Source of the DNA: Vicugna vicugna
Lineage: Eukaryota
DNA: 64,000 nt
Reading direction: 5' to 3'
NCBI GenBank assembly: GCA_013265495.1
Contig: MU058241.1
Location: forward strand, 1,179,249 to 1,243,248
Shown here piece by piece: positions 1 to 13,096 of the stretch (positions are counted from its first letter, which is position 1; the number at the start of each line of letters is the position of its first letter). The notes below the pieces were generated by a model. The model worked only from the letters and a program-made list of their open reading frames with translations. It did no database searches and was not told the origin of the DNA. Made by a program: the position numbers and the translations under genes.

Positions 1-252
1 CCCCGGGGAAGCCAGTGGAGTCAGAGAACGTGATTGTACGTAGCTCTCTCAGGTCTTTCCCGATACGAAATATATTATCTTCTGTTGAGGTGTGTCCCGT
101 TGTGTGCTTGACATAATGGCCGTATTCATTCCATTTTTTTATAGTAAATTTTTGTGTGTTTAACAATTTTTGATTTCATAGTAAATAACCTGGGAAATCC
201 ATTGTATGAGTGGCAGTGCCTGCTTTGACGAGCTGTTTCTTTCCCCATCCAG

Positions 253-318
253 GTGCTTTTAGCGAGCAGCTTCATGCCGGTGTACGCAGGGCTGAAACCA
301 GTGGAGTACAGAGGGCAG
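253..318 (+). CDS. PNPLA4: PNPLA4 (patatin-like phospholipase domain-containing 4, GS2) internal coding exon
   Basis: ccatccag|GTG...GGGCAG|gtatgt; 66 nt, phase 0/0; encodes VLLASSFMPVYAGLKPVEYRGQ, matching my recollection of human PNPLA4 VLLASSFVPIYAGLKLVEYKGQ. Confidence 0.96.
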
Positions 319-2419
319 GTATGTTCTTCTAACCCACGAATTAGCAGTGCTTCCCTTGTTAATATGTTCCCTTTGAGAGACATAGTTTTATCATTATTTT
401 GGTGGCTCCAACTCAGCTTATATGTCTTTTTTTCCATAAATGGTTTAGTTTCTGTTGAGCAGAAAAGAAGCACAAGGGCTGGGGTACTTTATTGTCAACA
501 TCTTGAGATTGAAAGTGATTGATGGGGATGCTGTCTCTCTTTTTTTTCATCTGTTAAGAAAAACTACCCTTATTTTTAAATATATAAAGGAGCAAAAGAT
601 GTTTTAAAAATATACATAATAAAGTTCTATTCACAGCCCCTTCTGTAAAGAGCTAGGAGCAGAATGGCACTGACGGGGGTTGGGGGAAGACATCAGGTCG
701 CCCCACAGGTGTGCTCCCCCACCGCCTCGACACACACACACACATACACACACGTCATTCCATCCCTCCCCGAGGGTTCCCTGCTGGGCAGCCAGGCCTT
801 CACTTGCCAAGATGTGTCTGTCCAGGATGGGCAGAAACAGCCAGAGAAGACAGGAGAGCTGTCTTCTCTGGCGTCTGGCCCTGAAGGCAGGAGGCCTTAG
901 AGACATTCAGAGGAGAGCGCGCACCAGCAGCCTGCTGTCAGCACTGCCTGAGGGCGTTTCGGCCAGCTCCCTTCTCACCCTGCACCAGGTTCTTACTGAA
1001 TGTCCACCATCCTACCCCAGCCCGCTCCACGGTGTGCACTCACTGCATAACCAAACTTGGTGTCTACCTAACACTCAACCGAGACAGGCCTTTTGTAATC
1101 AGACAGTGTCTATGTAACACACACCAGAGCTAAGTACTTTATAACCAAACACAGCATCTGTTGGACACACAAAGAAGAGAAGCATTTTACACTCAGATAC
1201 AGTATCTATTTAACACCTACTCAAGATCAGGCACATATTTATGGATGGATAAGTGCCATTTGTTTTCAGTTTACGTTGTATGCATGCATGCATAAACGTG
1301 CGCACGGAAATTGTGTAATAGCTGCCATTCATCCACTTTGAAGGCCCAGCAGAGAGTCCGTGATTAATGACTTAATGCTCTGACAGCGAAGGAATTGAGT
1401 CTTACACATCTCTTAGCTAACATAATCAGGGAACTGTGTTCTGACCTCATCAGTCCTCATGACTTTCTTGTTCTGAGCTTTCCTGGTCCTTCCAGCCGTT
1501 TACCGCACTTCTTACAGGATTCTTGGTCCAAACCAGTCTCTCCTGGAATGGCTGTCTAAAAGGGACAAGGAGGAGGGGGAGGGGGAGTACCTGGACGAGG
1601 CTGTGTAAGACACAAGGATGGGGCAACCAAGGGTGGGCGTCACGTCCAGTGTGGACGCTGTTGATCAGCCATGTGCATGGATACATTACTTGCAGTGATG
1701 TGCTTATATGCAGCAGGCTAAAACCATCTTTGTGACCAGTTAGACACATAATATGCTCTGATTTATTTTTCTAAAGCAATATAAAGTAACTTAAGCATAA
1801 GCTCATGGAAAGCCTGGTTTTCCCCTATTTTTGATACTGCGTCTCAGAGCTAGCAGAAACCCAGTTACCAAGTAGCATATGTTTGTTGTCACTTAAAAAT
1901 CTGAGAGGTGTCCCATTTTACATAATGTATTTTCCCTCTTAGAGCAGTAAAAATACTCATTTATCTTTAGATACCAATTTTGAATAAAGATGCTATCAAA
2001 ATCAACCTTACATTACGATTGTGAACTTTAATTTTATGAACTGAAACATAGTGATTTTACATCACATTGTTGCTTTATAATATGTAATAATTACGACAGA
2101 GATGGCTAAGTGTCTTTAAAAAATGCACACAAAATGCTCAGGGGTTTCATGAGATTATATATGATCATGAAAAGTGGAGTCAGAATCCAAGAGTTGGAAT
2201 TGCTGATGCAATGGATACATTAAGAGGTGGTGACTGAGAAGGTGGGGTGTAGAAATAGTATCTCAGTGAGAGAAAGAAAACGGGGGGGGGGGGAAGGATG
2301 ATGGAATCAAGGTTAGAACAGAGCCCATAAGCCTAGTGGCTCTGAGACTGAGCTGAACACTTCTGTTGTTTAAATAGTAAAGACTGTTATGAAGGGGGTG
2401 CAGGTGAGAGACACTCCTA

Positions 2420-2830
2420 GTTTCTTCCAACATACACTTTCCTCTTCCTCCTTAGTAACAGAACCCCAGTTTTTAGCTGGACCTATTGCTGTGAAGCAAA
2501 AAGGCCACGTTCCCTAGCTTCCCTTGCAGCTAGGCGTGGCCACCTACTCAAGTGCTGGCCAAGGTGAGGTACGCTGAGTTACTTTGGCACTTACAGGAAG
2601 GGAGTGGTATACCTTTGTTTTCTTCCTGCTGCCTGAAACTTAGATGTGATGACCAGAGCTCTAGCAGCCATTGTGGATCATGAGGTCACAGATCACACCT
2701 TACATATCAAATAATGAGCTAGAAAGACCTGGGCCCTGCATGACTTGAGGAGGGGGACCTTACTAGTTTACCTTCTATATTCCTTTTACCAGAAAGAAGT
2801 AAAATTTCTCTTGTTATTATGACTTTCTAT
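2420..2830 (+). mobile_element. Old MaLR LTR (MLT1I/J-like)
   Basis: Characteristic segments ttcctcttcctccttagtaacagaacccc, cccttgcagctaggcgtggccac and gatgtgatgaccagagctctagcagccattgtggatcatgagg; boundaries approximate. Confidence 0.6.
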
Positions 2831-2854
2831 CAGATGCGTGAGGATCCACTCTCA

Positions 2855-2960
2855 TTTCCTCAGTTTCCTTTTCCGTAAAAGGAGGAAACAGAGCATACTA
2901 CCAGCGTGACCTTCCTATCCAACTGGGTTCTTGTGAAGATCAAATTAAATGATACAGGAG
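2855..2960. mobile_element. MIR SINE fragment
   Basis: cctcagtttccttttccgtaaaagg...ggttcttgtgaagatcaaattaaatgata resembles the MIR core. Confidence 0.55.
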
Positions 2961-4911
2961 AAACTGTTGAATAAACCCACAGGCTCTGTGCCATGGTATT
3001 TATATGAATTTATGATAATTATGTATCTGAACCTCTCATTCAATATTCTTCCAAAAAAGTATTTTCTGTTCACTTGGTTTTTGAGCAAAATACTCGAAGG
3101 AAACGACGCTGTGAGTCGAGGGTCTGTCTCGAGCAAATCCCCATGTGGAATGTGTATCCAGGCACACACTGGATGTTCTGGAAATGCTCTCTGAATGAAC
3201 AAATGGGTCCTCTCAGTAGAGGCGACCACCTTGGGTTTTAAAGTTTTCCCCTTTAATTATATAACAAGAGTTGCTTGAAGTCATAAACCTCATATGCACC
3301 CACAACGTATCATGTGTCAGGAAAAGTTGACAGTGCTGACTGATGAAAACCCTGCCCTGTTGCGGGGTGACAGGTGCCACTGCCCCTTTAGAATGATTCC
3401 GTGAACTCTGGTTCTCAGTGCTGGGACCCTCAGGGAACAACCACAGTGGACCCTACCCCCACGACTGCGGCTTCAGATTTTCTTTTCTATTGATCACTTG
3501 TTTATCCCCAACTCTCTAGACTCAGACAGCTGACTTACCATGGAGCACGTTTAGAATATGGTCAGAGATCGGAATAAAGGGTATTATCAGGACAAGTGAA
3601 GGCAGCTATGGGGCCAGCAGCAAATTTGATTTTGAAACACATTCTGCCTGGGAGTATTTTTTAGGCATGTGGCTTCCCGTTCCTCTGAGGAAGATGGTGC
3701 TCTGTGCTGGAAACTAACAAACGCAGGGTGAAGCCATCATGGGAGGAACCACCTGAGTTCCTTTTCTTGAGGAAGATTTTGGAATCCTAGGATTCAGAGC
3801 AGTAGCTCCCTGCTTAGGAAATGCTGCCCCACAAGGTGGGAATGTGGGAATGACTTTCAGGAATGTGTAGCAAACAGCCAGAGAATTCACGGGCAGGAGT
3901 CTGTAACATGCAGAATTTTAAACTATCCATAGTGCACGAGATATAAAATATTTGTACTGAGGAGCGTTGATTGCTGTGATAGTTTCCAGAAATTTTGCTG
4001 GAATCAGCGTGCCTGAATGCACGGTGGTGGTGGGGGTGATACAGCTCACGAGAGCATAAATCCGGAGCGAGAGGCACTGCCTTTAGAGCATCTGAGCTGC
4101 CGGGGTTACGGTAATAGAGGCGCGAGTAACGCTGAAAATTTAATCAAGTCGTTTGATAAGCTATCTGTTTTCCCTAGTCATTTGTCCAATCACAAAAAGC
4201 TAACAAGAGCGAACAAAATTTGGAAAAAAGGATTTTCAATTCCCTGGAACCGCAGTCATTAGCCCCATGGTAAATTAGAACACTCTGCAATTTAATGAGC
4301 AAGAATGCCCTTCTTTTCCTTAAGTTGGACAAGTCAGATGAGCTCTTATTTAAGCCGAATGACACTTGGTGCATACTTTTAATTTCCCTTGATGAAACCT
4401 ATGCGAATCTTTACATCATTGGGGGAATGTTCTGTTGAGAATGTGAAAGGTAATTTTTTCCCTCTCGTGATACTAACCTATTCTGGAAACTGGTATCCAA
4501 ACCCAAAGCAGTCAGGAAAAAAAAAAAAAAAAGCTCCAGGACAGTTAGGCACAGAACCAGATTATCTGGTGGCCTTCTCATTACAAATCTCCCTTTTTCA
4601 GACTGTGTGTGTAAGTCACGTGTGTATATATGTGTGTATGTACACACACACACAAACATTATACACAAATGTACATGATTGTGTCTGTATAATGCACATG
4701 ATACAATTGTACAATTATATGTGCTACGTTCTTTTAAAAATAATGACATTAAGCAAACTATCCAGGTCAGGTTCATTTTAATCTGATCTACTTAGGTTGT
4801 CTCCTCCACCAAAATGGAACTCCCTAGAAAGAGATTTTCAACACATTTTTCACCTTTCATTCACTTACTTTTATTCCCTTTGTGGGGGAGTTGGTGGTTG
4901 GCCAAGGGCTT

Positions 4912-5069
4912 TGTAAATAATGTGGTACTTTTAAAAAGACATCTTAGAAAAGAATAGTTTTAACTGATTTAAGGACATTTTATGCTTATCTGTAAATAAT
5001 GTGGTACTTTTAAAAAGACATCTTAGAAAAGAATGGTTTTAACTGATTTAAGGACATTTTATGCTTATC
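4912..5069. repeat. 79-bp tandem duplication (2 copies)
   Basis: 4912-4990 and 4991-5069 are identical except one substitution (aatagt vs aatggt). Confidence 0.95.
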
Positions 5070-5966
5070 CCTCCCTCATTCCTCACCCCACCTCCTTGCT
5101 TTTGCCACAAAAGATTCTTTTGCAAGGGGGTTTCAACAGTTACTGGCCTTTCCCCCTGGGGCACAGCAGCTGCAGAACATTTCCAACGTAGATATGACTG
5201 GATTTGAACTTCAGTGTCCTGTGTTTGCTTACTTGTTAGCGCTGATTACATTAATACGTCCGTTTAAGGACGGATTGAGGCTCTTCTGCCTTCAGACAGC
5301 ATAAGGAATACTGCCATGTGTTTCTTCAGCCCTTTCTCAGCACACACTTCTGCAGAAGCCTCTAGAAGCTCCCCTGACCTGCTCTGTCCCTCCCTCTCCT
5401 CTGGGCTTGGGTCTGAAAGCACAGACTCTGAGTCCTGTTCATGCTTTACAGAGCATTTCTCATTCTTCTCGGCTTGAAGACCTTAGGTACTTGGGAGCCA
5501 CTGTGGAAACATGAGGGTTTCTGGCTGGTCTATTTACTTTTAAGTTTGCTGCAGAAAATGCCAGTTTCCACTTTCAGGATAAAGATAGAACCTCCCGTGG
5601 TGGGGGGTGGTGTGGCTTCCCACTCTGATTAGATACCGAATCCCAACCTAATTACACATGGCTTCTTACTGTGCGCCGCCATCAGTTAAAAACTTAGGTA
5701 CTTCTTATGTAAAGCAATCTATTTAAAGCTTTCAGACAATTGGAGAGATTTCCTGATTGGGTCCAGCTTTCTTGTTCTATGGGTAAGTGACAGGCATGCA
5801 GAGATTGGCTTTGCTTCCAAAACAAATCTAATCTGATTAGTCCTCCTAAAGAGGAACGTAAGGGTCCCACCAAGGCAGGGGCTGTGCTGCTGAGAAACCG
5901 AGGCTCGCTTTCTCCTGCTGGGAGCTGTGTCACTGGCACGTGCTGACAGGGCATTTCTCCCCACAG

Positions 5967-6119
5967 AAGTGGGTGGATGGCGGCTTCACCAACAGCCTGC
6001 CCATCCTGCCTGTGGGCCGGACGGTGACCATCTCCCCATTCAGCGGACGGCTGGGCATCTCCCCGCAGGACGAGGCGCAGCTGGGTCTCTACGTTAACGT
6101 CACCAATCAGGACATCCTG
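5967..6119 (+). CDS. PNPLA4: PNPLA4 penultimate coding exon containing the patatin DGG catalytic-Asp motif
   Basis: ttctccccacag|AAG...ATCCTG|gtaggt; 153 nt; KWVDGGFTNSLPILPVGRTVTISPFSGRLGISPQDEAQLGLYVNVTNQDIL, in frame with the previous exon. Confidence 0.97.
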
Positions 6120-6483
6120 GTAGGTACTTACGTCTGCCGGTGCTTGAAGACAGCTCATCTCCTGACACTTCCCACATGTTTCCAGAACTTGGCCAACTCC
6201 CTCAGACATATTTTTAGTAACTTCTGGCACGTTTCACGCGTGTGGACCTGGGTACCTGTAGACCGTGAGTGTGCTGTCCTTTCGCGGTTCATTACTTGTC
6301 TCTTTGTGAAATGTTTTCCATGTCTTCGCTTACTTTTCAAATCAAGAAGCTTGGCACGGTTTAAGAATTAGGTGCTTTAGTTGTTTAAAAAGGTGGCAGT
6401 AATTACATATGTAAAAATATCAAAGGGAAACTCAGGGACCTAACAATAATTTACATAAAAATGTTGATTCCCTTCATCTAGTG

Positions 6484-6682
6484 TAATGGTTCTCAGCAGG
6501 AGCTGATGCTATAAGCAGAAGACATTTGCCAGGGTCTGGAGACATTGTGGCTGGTCACATCTAGGATGTGTCCTGGAGTCTAGAGGATGGATGAGCTTAG
6601 CATCCTGAGCCGTACAGGACAGCTCCCACCTCGGAGGAGGACCTGGCCCAAGGCATCACTGGTACCAGGGCTGAGAGACCTT
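6484..6682. mobile_element. MER20-like hAT DNA transposon fossil
   Basis: tggttctcagc...gacatttgccagggtctggagacatt...catcctgagccgtacaggacagctccc...gctgagagacc, the typical MER20 layout. Confidence 0.7.
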
Positions 6683-6844
6683 CACCCTGTGTGTGGGTGG
6701 AGGTGAATTTTTACGTTTTATTCTTTTCCTCTCGATTCTGGAAACTCTGTGATGGTATCTATGGTAGGAGAGCTTCCGGAACTCCATATGCTGACCGGCA
6801 CTGCGATGTCCTGCAGCCCCACTTTGTTTGTTTTTCTGTCGTAG

Positions 6845-6985
6845 TTGTCCATGGCCAACTTGGTGAGGCTTAACCAAGCCCTCTTCCCACCAAACAGGAG
6901 GAAAATGGAATCACTGTATCAACGTGGCTTTGATGACACCACCAAGTTTTTACTTAAAGAAAGTTGGTTTGAAGAGAGTGCTTAA
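6845..6985 (+). CDS. PNPLA4: PNPLA4 last coding exon (to stop codon)
   Basis: tttttctgtcgtag|TTG; LSMANLVRLNQALFPPNRRKMESLYQRGFDDTTKFLLKESWFEESA then TAA at 6983-6985; matches the recalled PNPLA4 C-terminus. Confidence 0.96.
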   Translation: MSMANLVRLNQALFPPNRRKMESLYQRGFDDTTKFLLKESWFEESA

Positions 6986-9435
6986 AACTTTGCAACGCAA
7001 AATATATTTCCGGCAGTTTTTGATGGGAGATTTCTAATTAAATCCTTTTTTTTTTAAAGCCTGTCATAACGCTTATCAGTTGTACTACTAGCTTTTGTAA
7101 TCTTTGTCATTGTTAATTGTTTAAATCATTACTTGGTACAAGGAAATAAGAGGTATTTTGTTAGAATCTGGCAACGCCATTAAGAGAGATACGCTCAGGT
7201 GATAAGGAACCTTTTTGAGAAAACCGTCATGCCTTTTGAAAGCCCGTATGAAATTTAAGGGGTAGGCTCTTGGGGTAAACCCTGGAGTGACTGGTGTAAA
7301 CGAGGGGTCCTTGTATGCGGGTTTTGTGCACACTGAAGGTGGCAGCACCCTTTAGACGTGGAGCGTGGGTGTTTCCAGGAGATACCAGTGTCCCATGGTC
7401 CAGAACAGAAGGAACCATGTTCTGAGGCTGATCTCCAGGCCCTCTCTGATAGGAGAGGAAAGACTGGAGAAATAGTGGGCATCTCAGAAGGCCTTTAACA
7501 AGGGGCGGAGGAACACGGGTTTGCTTTCCCCGGGCGTGGGCAGTTGCTCCTGGTCAGGACGGTGACAGCAGAGGGGGACTGGAAATGCAGGAGACTTTGA
7601 AACAGGTGTGTTTCCCCTCCCCCTCCCCCACAAGCCTGCCCACTAGCTAAGGGGCTGACGACGCTGTTTTGATGCCTCCCTGCTCTAAAACCGAGGCGGT
7701 TGTTCATACTATGTCTCTGTCCCGGTTTCTCTGTCCCTCTCCCCGTTCCTCCAAGGCCACAATTCACGCGGTTCAGCCTTACTGTGTATCCTGCACTGCG
7801 ATGTCCTGCAGCCCCACTTTGTCTTTCTGTCCTGGGAACTCAGAGACAACTCTGCGAACCGTGAAGAACCGAGCCAACCAAATAGCCTAGCAAAGAATTC
7901 AATCCAGAATAATCATTCGTTTCTTCTTCTTAAATCATGCTACCCTGACTCCCAGTCTCCCATTTTTTGAGTAGTTGTCGTATCTCTGGAGGATTCGCGT
8001 GCGAGTTTCTACTAATTTGTGTACACCGTCTTCAGTCTTCAGTCTGGTTTTATGGGGCTTTGCCGAGCGTGAACTCTTAATTACTAAGAAGCAGTGAGAC
8101 ACAAACCCGTTTAATTGCATGTCTTTAATGGTTATGCATTTCTCTTTTTACCATTTGAAACCATTCTTTAAATCAATTTTATGGCTCCTAAAAGCCCAAA
8201 ATACACAACTTTAGCACATAAACAGCAACTATTGCCTCTTTTCTCACAAGTTATGCTGAGACTCACGCGGAGCAGTGATGCGCCTTGAGGGGGGTGTATT
8301 TTTCCACCTCTAGCAAACGTGTAGTTCAACCGTAATATGTTGTTTTAATCAGTGACGTGAAGTGGATGGATTCTCAGTTCATTCTGACATCACTAAAAAA
8401 TTCACTAAATTTTCCTTTTTTATCATTTTGGGTGAATAATCTACTTGTGTGTTTTTGCAATATTTTTGGATGCCTCCCCCTGAGCAAGAGCAAATGTTAA
8501 TATGTTCGACTTTTACGTATTTTGTACCGACTGCGTCTGTCCTTGACTGTGGTAGTGGGTGGTGCTTTCCGTGAAAGACACTGTAAGACGGCTGAGAGGT
8601 GGGTCTGTGGGGCAGCACCCTTCTGACGTGAGGGAGACGTGGTGGTGTCACAGAGCTCGTCACCTGCAGCTCGCTGTTCTCCAGGTGTGCTGGACCAGAT
8701 CCTCACCTGGGGCGGCTGCAGGGCGTCCTCGTGCAGCTGTGCTCGGGGAACAGGCATTAACAGCAGGCCGCGCGTGTCCCTGGGCTCAGCATTTCACAGC
8801 ACCGTGGCACTGGTGTCTGGGAAATCTGAGGAGACCTTCTGACCCACGTCCTAATAGGTTTGCACGGTAATTACTGTGATTGGCAGCTTGATAAGTTCCC
8901 GGTTCCCTGTTGGGGCAATTTCCTAATACCTTGGACTCTGTCATTTAAAATTTCATTAGTCTTTTCTTCTTTTCAATAACAGTCTTTACTGAGTAACTAT
9001 AGTAACCCACGGCTTCCACTGACAATTAGAGAAAGTAGACTTGGTTTTGAAGTTAAATAATGCGCTAAAGGAGCAGGCTGTGTATTAAACACAAAACCAG
9101 ACTCTCAGATGCCGATTTCAGACCGCTGGGCACAGTGCATGCACACCGGCTGCTTGCAGAGGAAGAGCCAGGAGGCTCTGGACGTTGAATCAGGATTCCA
9201 AACAGACGTGGGCAGTTGTTACAATGGACAGATGTCACTTACGCTGCTTTTAATTGTTTTCTGATGATTCAAACAGTTACATATAATTGTTTTCCTTTAT
9301 ATATACATATATAAGTATTAATTATAGAAGTGTTTCTGGATCTAGGCCATTACTTTTATAGTCGGGGAACCAATAATTAGAGAAATTCAGGGTTTTGAGG
9401 TTCTTCTTCCTTAACTTATGTCTGCACTATAGCAG

Positions 9436-9441
9436 AATAAA
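9436..9441 (+). terminator. Candidate PNPLA4 polyadenylation signal (AATAAA)
   Basis: First canonical AATAAA I find after the stop (~2.45 kb 3'UTR); an ATTAAA at 7037-7042 is an alternative. Confidence 0.35.
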
Positions 9442-11610
9442 ACTGAAGTTTGAAGTAATATCCATATAACTCAAAGCAGGAGGAAAAGCAATTACTGCAG
9501 ATCCAGAAAAGTGGGTAAATTTTTAAACAGTAATAATTGCTACTATCTAATAAGATTTTTATTATAATTTAATGTTATATAGTACTCTAAAAATAGTAAT
9601 TATTATTATTAGCCGATTGACGGTTTAGTAGGGCTGAATTCACGGTTTAATCGCTCAGCTCTGTACTTAATTTGGCCTCTGACATAACTCAAACTTTGCT
9701 TACTTGACGCTAACACATATATTTATGTATCCCTCACATATGTACCCTCAGGATAGTTTCCCCTGCTCCTGACAGACTTAAAGAGGGACAAGAATATGAT
9801 TTAGTCTCTTCCTTGCTATAGAAAGCATTTCTGAATCTGCAGTCCTGCACAGCACATAATAGTGTATCCAGTACTCCTGAAACAAGGCGGTTGTCACAAG
9901 CATGAAAATGGAGGGGTCTGCCTCACTCTGCCTTTCCTGACTTGCCCCAGGTGAACAGAACCCTGGTGCTGGACAGGTGCTGCTCACATCCTGTCACGGC
10001 ATCCGAGTCCACGTGGGCCGCTGTGACAGAGGACCACTCTCTTCAGAGACTCCCACACTTTCCTGCATAGGACCTACTTTATATGGTGATCCAGTACCTC
10101 TATGCATTGAGTATAGTATACGTACTTAAGTACGTATAAATAAAAAGAATTTGCATGAAACATTGCTCTTACATATAATGCTGTTTGACATATTATTGCA
10201 TGTTATTAAAAATATTGTCATGACACATTGAATTATTTCACAGCCACTAATGAGTCAGGATTATACTGACTGACAATACTGGTCTAACCCAGTTTTAGAA
10301 CATCAGTCACTGAAGTTCTCAATTTGTGTTTAAAATGCCTTTATTTAAAAAAAAAATCACCCTTCAAGTATGGCATGTATATACTTGCTTTACTATAATT
10401 GAAATAATTTCCTTTTTATTTCTTTTCTCAGCATAAGTTCTTAGATATATTTTTTATCTAATTTTATGACTACGGAATATCATACAGAAATAATTTCTGT
10501 TCCAAAACCACAATAGTTTTCTACTAATATATTATTTTCCTACCCACTATAAGAAAGCTATAAATAAAAATTCCTTGATTTATGTGTATTTCATCTATAA
10601 AAATCTACTGAAATGGGGGTAGTGATCACACGATAGAAATCTTTAATCAATCATTATATAACCTAAAGAGTAATTTCTATTTTTCAGCCACACTGTGGAT
10701 TTTCAAATAGTGAAGTGACTATAGCTTTATTTTTTTAGAAATATTTCTTTATTAATGCATTTAAACACAACATCAATAAACACAAGCTGTTTATTGTATG
10801 TTAACATGAATAAAATATTTTTTATAAACTAGCTGTATTTTCCAATACAAAAACATTGAGAAGAGTGGCATTGTTTCCGTAATACAAATCTGGATTTTCT
10901 TTTTTTTTTTTAATTGAGTTATAGTCAGTTTACAGTGTTGTGCCAATACAGTCGTACATGAATACACCTATTCATTCATTTTCATATTGACTATAGCTTT
11001 AAATATGTAAATACATGTTACATAGGTCATGGTCATCCTTTCAACAATAAATATATAATGAGTTAGCTGGAGTCTCTCTTTCACAATTTAGTATTGCAAG
11101 CTAATTCAGTTTTTCTATGAAAAAGTACAGCTGATGTCATTTGTTGGGATTTTACACACCAACAATATGCATTATGTTTGTTTTGCAATGCCTGCCCTCT
11201 CCTTGTCAGTAAAAGATAATCAACTTGCTATTAAAAATAGATGCACATGGAGCTAGAATCAAGTCCACACGCAGGACGGTGAAATACTTTGTGTAAAGAG
11301 CTTTCTGTAATGCAGGTGTTAGACTGATCTATCCCATTTGCTCAGAGGCAATAATTCACTGGTTGACATCCATATTATTTTAACAGTGCCATGTAAGAAT
11401 TGGCTATTACCAGGAAGATGGAAGTAGCACCAGTGTAGCTTTAATGTACATTTCAAAATACCAGTGACTTGCAAGATGTTTACGTGCATTAGGGGGACCG
11501 GACAGAAGACGTTTCATCTGCTGCTTTTGTATCTGTTCCATCAATACTGATGGAGAATTTAGCCTGTGCCGGAGTCTGGGCTAGACGGTTAAGTTGTGAA
11601 AGTGACATAC

Positions 11611-11646
11611 AGGCTAGGTCCCTGACTTCATGGAATATTTGCTCTA
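11611..11646 (-). CDS. Candidate microexon of unannotated minus-strand gene
   Basis: ctctcctacccag|TAGAGCAAATATTCCATGAAGTCAGGGACCTAGCCT|gtatgt; 36 nt, open as xEQIFHEVRDLA; frame uncertain. Confidence 0.3.
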
Positions 11647-12252
11647 CTGGGTAGGAGAGCAGAAGATAGTCACAAGTAAAGCGCAAACAAACAAGGTTTA
11701 AGAAATGCAGACCGTATCACCTGACAAAAAGTAACAGAATGTCGTGCTGTAGTGTAACAGCGTCTCTGCACCGGCACCACGGGCACCCCTCTGGCTCCGT
11801 CCTAGGAGTCAGAGAAGGGCGCTGTTTCCTCAGGATGTGTTGTTGCCGTTTGCTGGACAGTCCCTGTGTCTTCGTCCTTATCCCCACCGTGTGTGTGGTG
11901 CATCATGCCTGCCCAGCCACGCCCACCTGCCAGCGTGTACACACTGCTGAGACCGGCGTCGCGGTTCTCCTGCCGTGTCTGCTGGCTGTGGTGCTGCTGT
12001 GGTCCCGTCTCCTTTGGATGCTGTTCCTCTTGGTTAGCCTGATGAGCTTTTGGCACAGATGATGCAGAATCATGAGTAATAATAAAAACAGCCTCGTTGT
12101 TGTCGTGGGGTGGTGTGGAATGCTCTGAGTGCCATACCAGAGAAACAGGCACCCCATCCACACGTCTCTCCTGTTCTAGCACAACTCCACCCTTTGTGCT
12201 TGCTTTATTTTATCCAAACAGACTTTGCTTTTGAAAATAGGCCTCTACTTAC

Positions 12253-12272
12253 CTGTACAATATTTCTCAATA
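12253..12272 (-). CDS. Candidate microexon of unannotated minus-strand gene
   Basis: tctgttcctttttccag|TATTGAGAAATATTGTACAG|gtaagt; consensus acceptor and consensus donor around 20 nt. Confidence 0.45.
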
Positions 12273-12487
12273 CTGGAAAAAGGAACAGAAGACTGTAAAA
12301 GGGACCACCTCATACTTCATACCTTAATTTAACAGTTGATAATTAGCATATTTGCTCTGACATTTAAAAAACACACATCAATACTGCATTTTACACCTAA
12401 AGTTCCTTTCTTCTTATTCCCTTCTTCTCCCCTTTGCCAAAGGCAGTGGATGTCTGCAAGACGATGGGTGTGTTACTGTATGTTTCT

Positions 12488-12634
12488 TCTTTTTACTGAA
12501 GCATAGTCAGTTCACAGTGTTGTGTCAACTTCTGGTGTACAGCATAATAGTTCAGTCATACACATACACACATATTTGTTTTTGTATTCTTTTTCATTAT
12601 GGGTTACTACAAGATATGGAATGTAGTTGCCTGT
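12488..12634 (-). mobile_element. L1 3' tail fragment
   Basis: ttttactgaagcatagtcagttcacagtgttgtgtcaacttctggtgtacagcat is the reverse complement of an artiodactyl-type L1 3' end. Confidence 0.7.
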
Positions 12635-13096
12635 TGTATGAGTTTCCTAGAGCTGCAGTAACAAGTACCTCAAACCAGGTGGCTTAACACAGCACAGAAT
12701 TAGCCTCTCACAGTTCAGCAGACTAGAAGTCCAAAAATGACGCTGTTGGCAAGGCTGGCTCTCTCTGGAGGCTTTGAGGAGAAGTCTCCTCCAGGCCTCT
12801 CCTAACTCCCTGTGGTTGTGGCTGCCGACCATCCTCGGCATGTTTTGGCTTGTGGCAGCATCACTTCAGTATCTGCCTCTGTCTCCATGTGAGCCTCTTC
12901 CCTGTGTGTTTCTGTGTCCCCTTAGGTTCCTCTAAGGGCACCAGTCATTGGATTTAGGGCTCAGCCTAAGTTTAGGATGATCTGGTCTTGAAATTCTTTA
13001 CAGATTATCTGTGCAAAGCCCTATTTCCAAATAAGGTCAGAATCTAAGGTGCTGGGTAGACATGACTTACAGAGGCATACTGTTCAACCCACTACA
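12635..13096 (-). mobile_element. MaLR solo LTR (MLT1C/D-like)
   Basis: Begins tgtatgagtttcctagagctgcagtaacaa and ends ttcaacccactaca (TG...CA); internal gcaaagccctatttccaaataaggtca is typical of MLT1. Confidence 0.85.

Noticed and set aside
4912..5069. Repeats considered as a CRISPR-like array
   Set aside because: Eukaryotic DNA; two abutting copies with no spacers.
5694..6371. 178-aa minus and 143-aa plus ORFs
   Set aside because: Antisense shadow and intron read-through of the real PNPLA4 exon 5967-6119.
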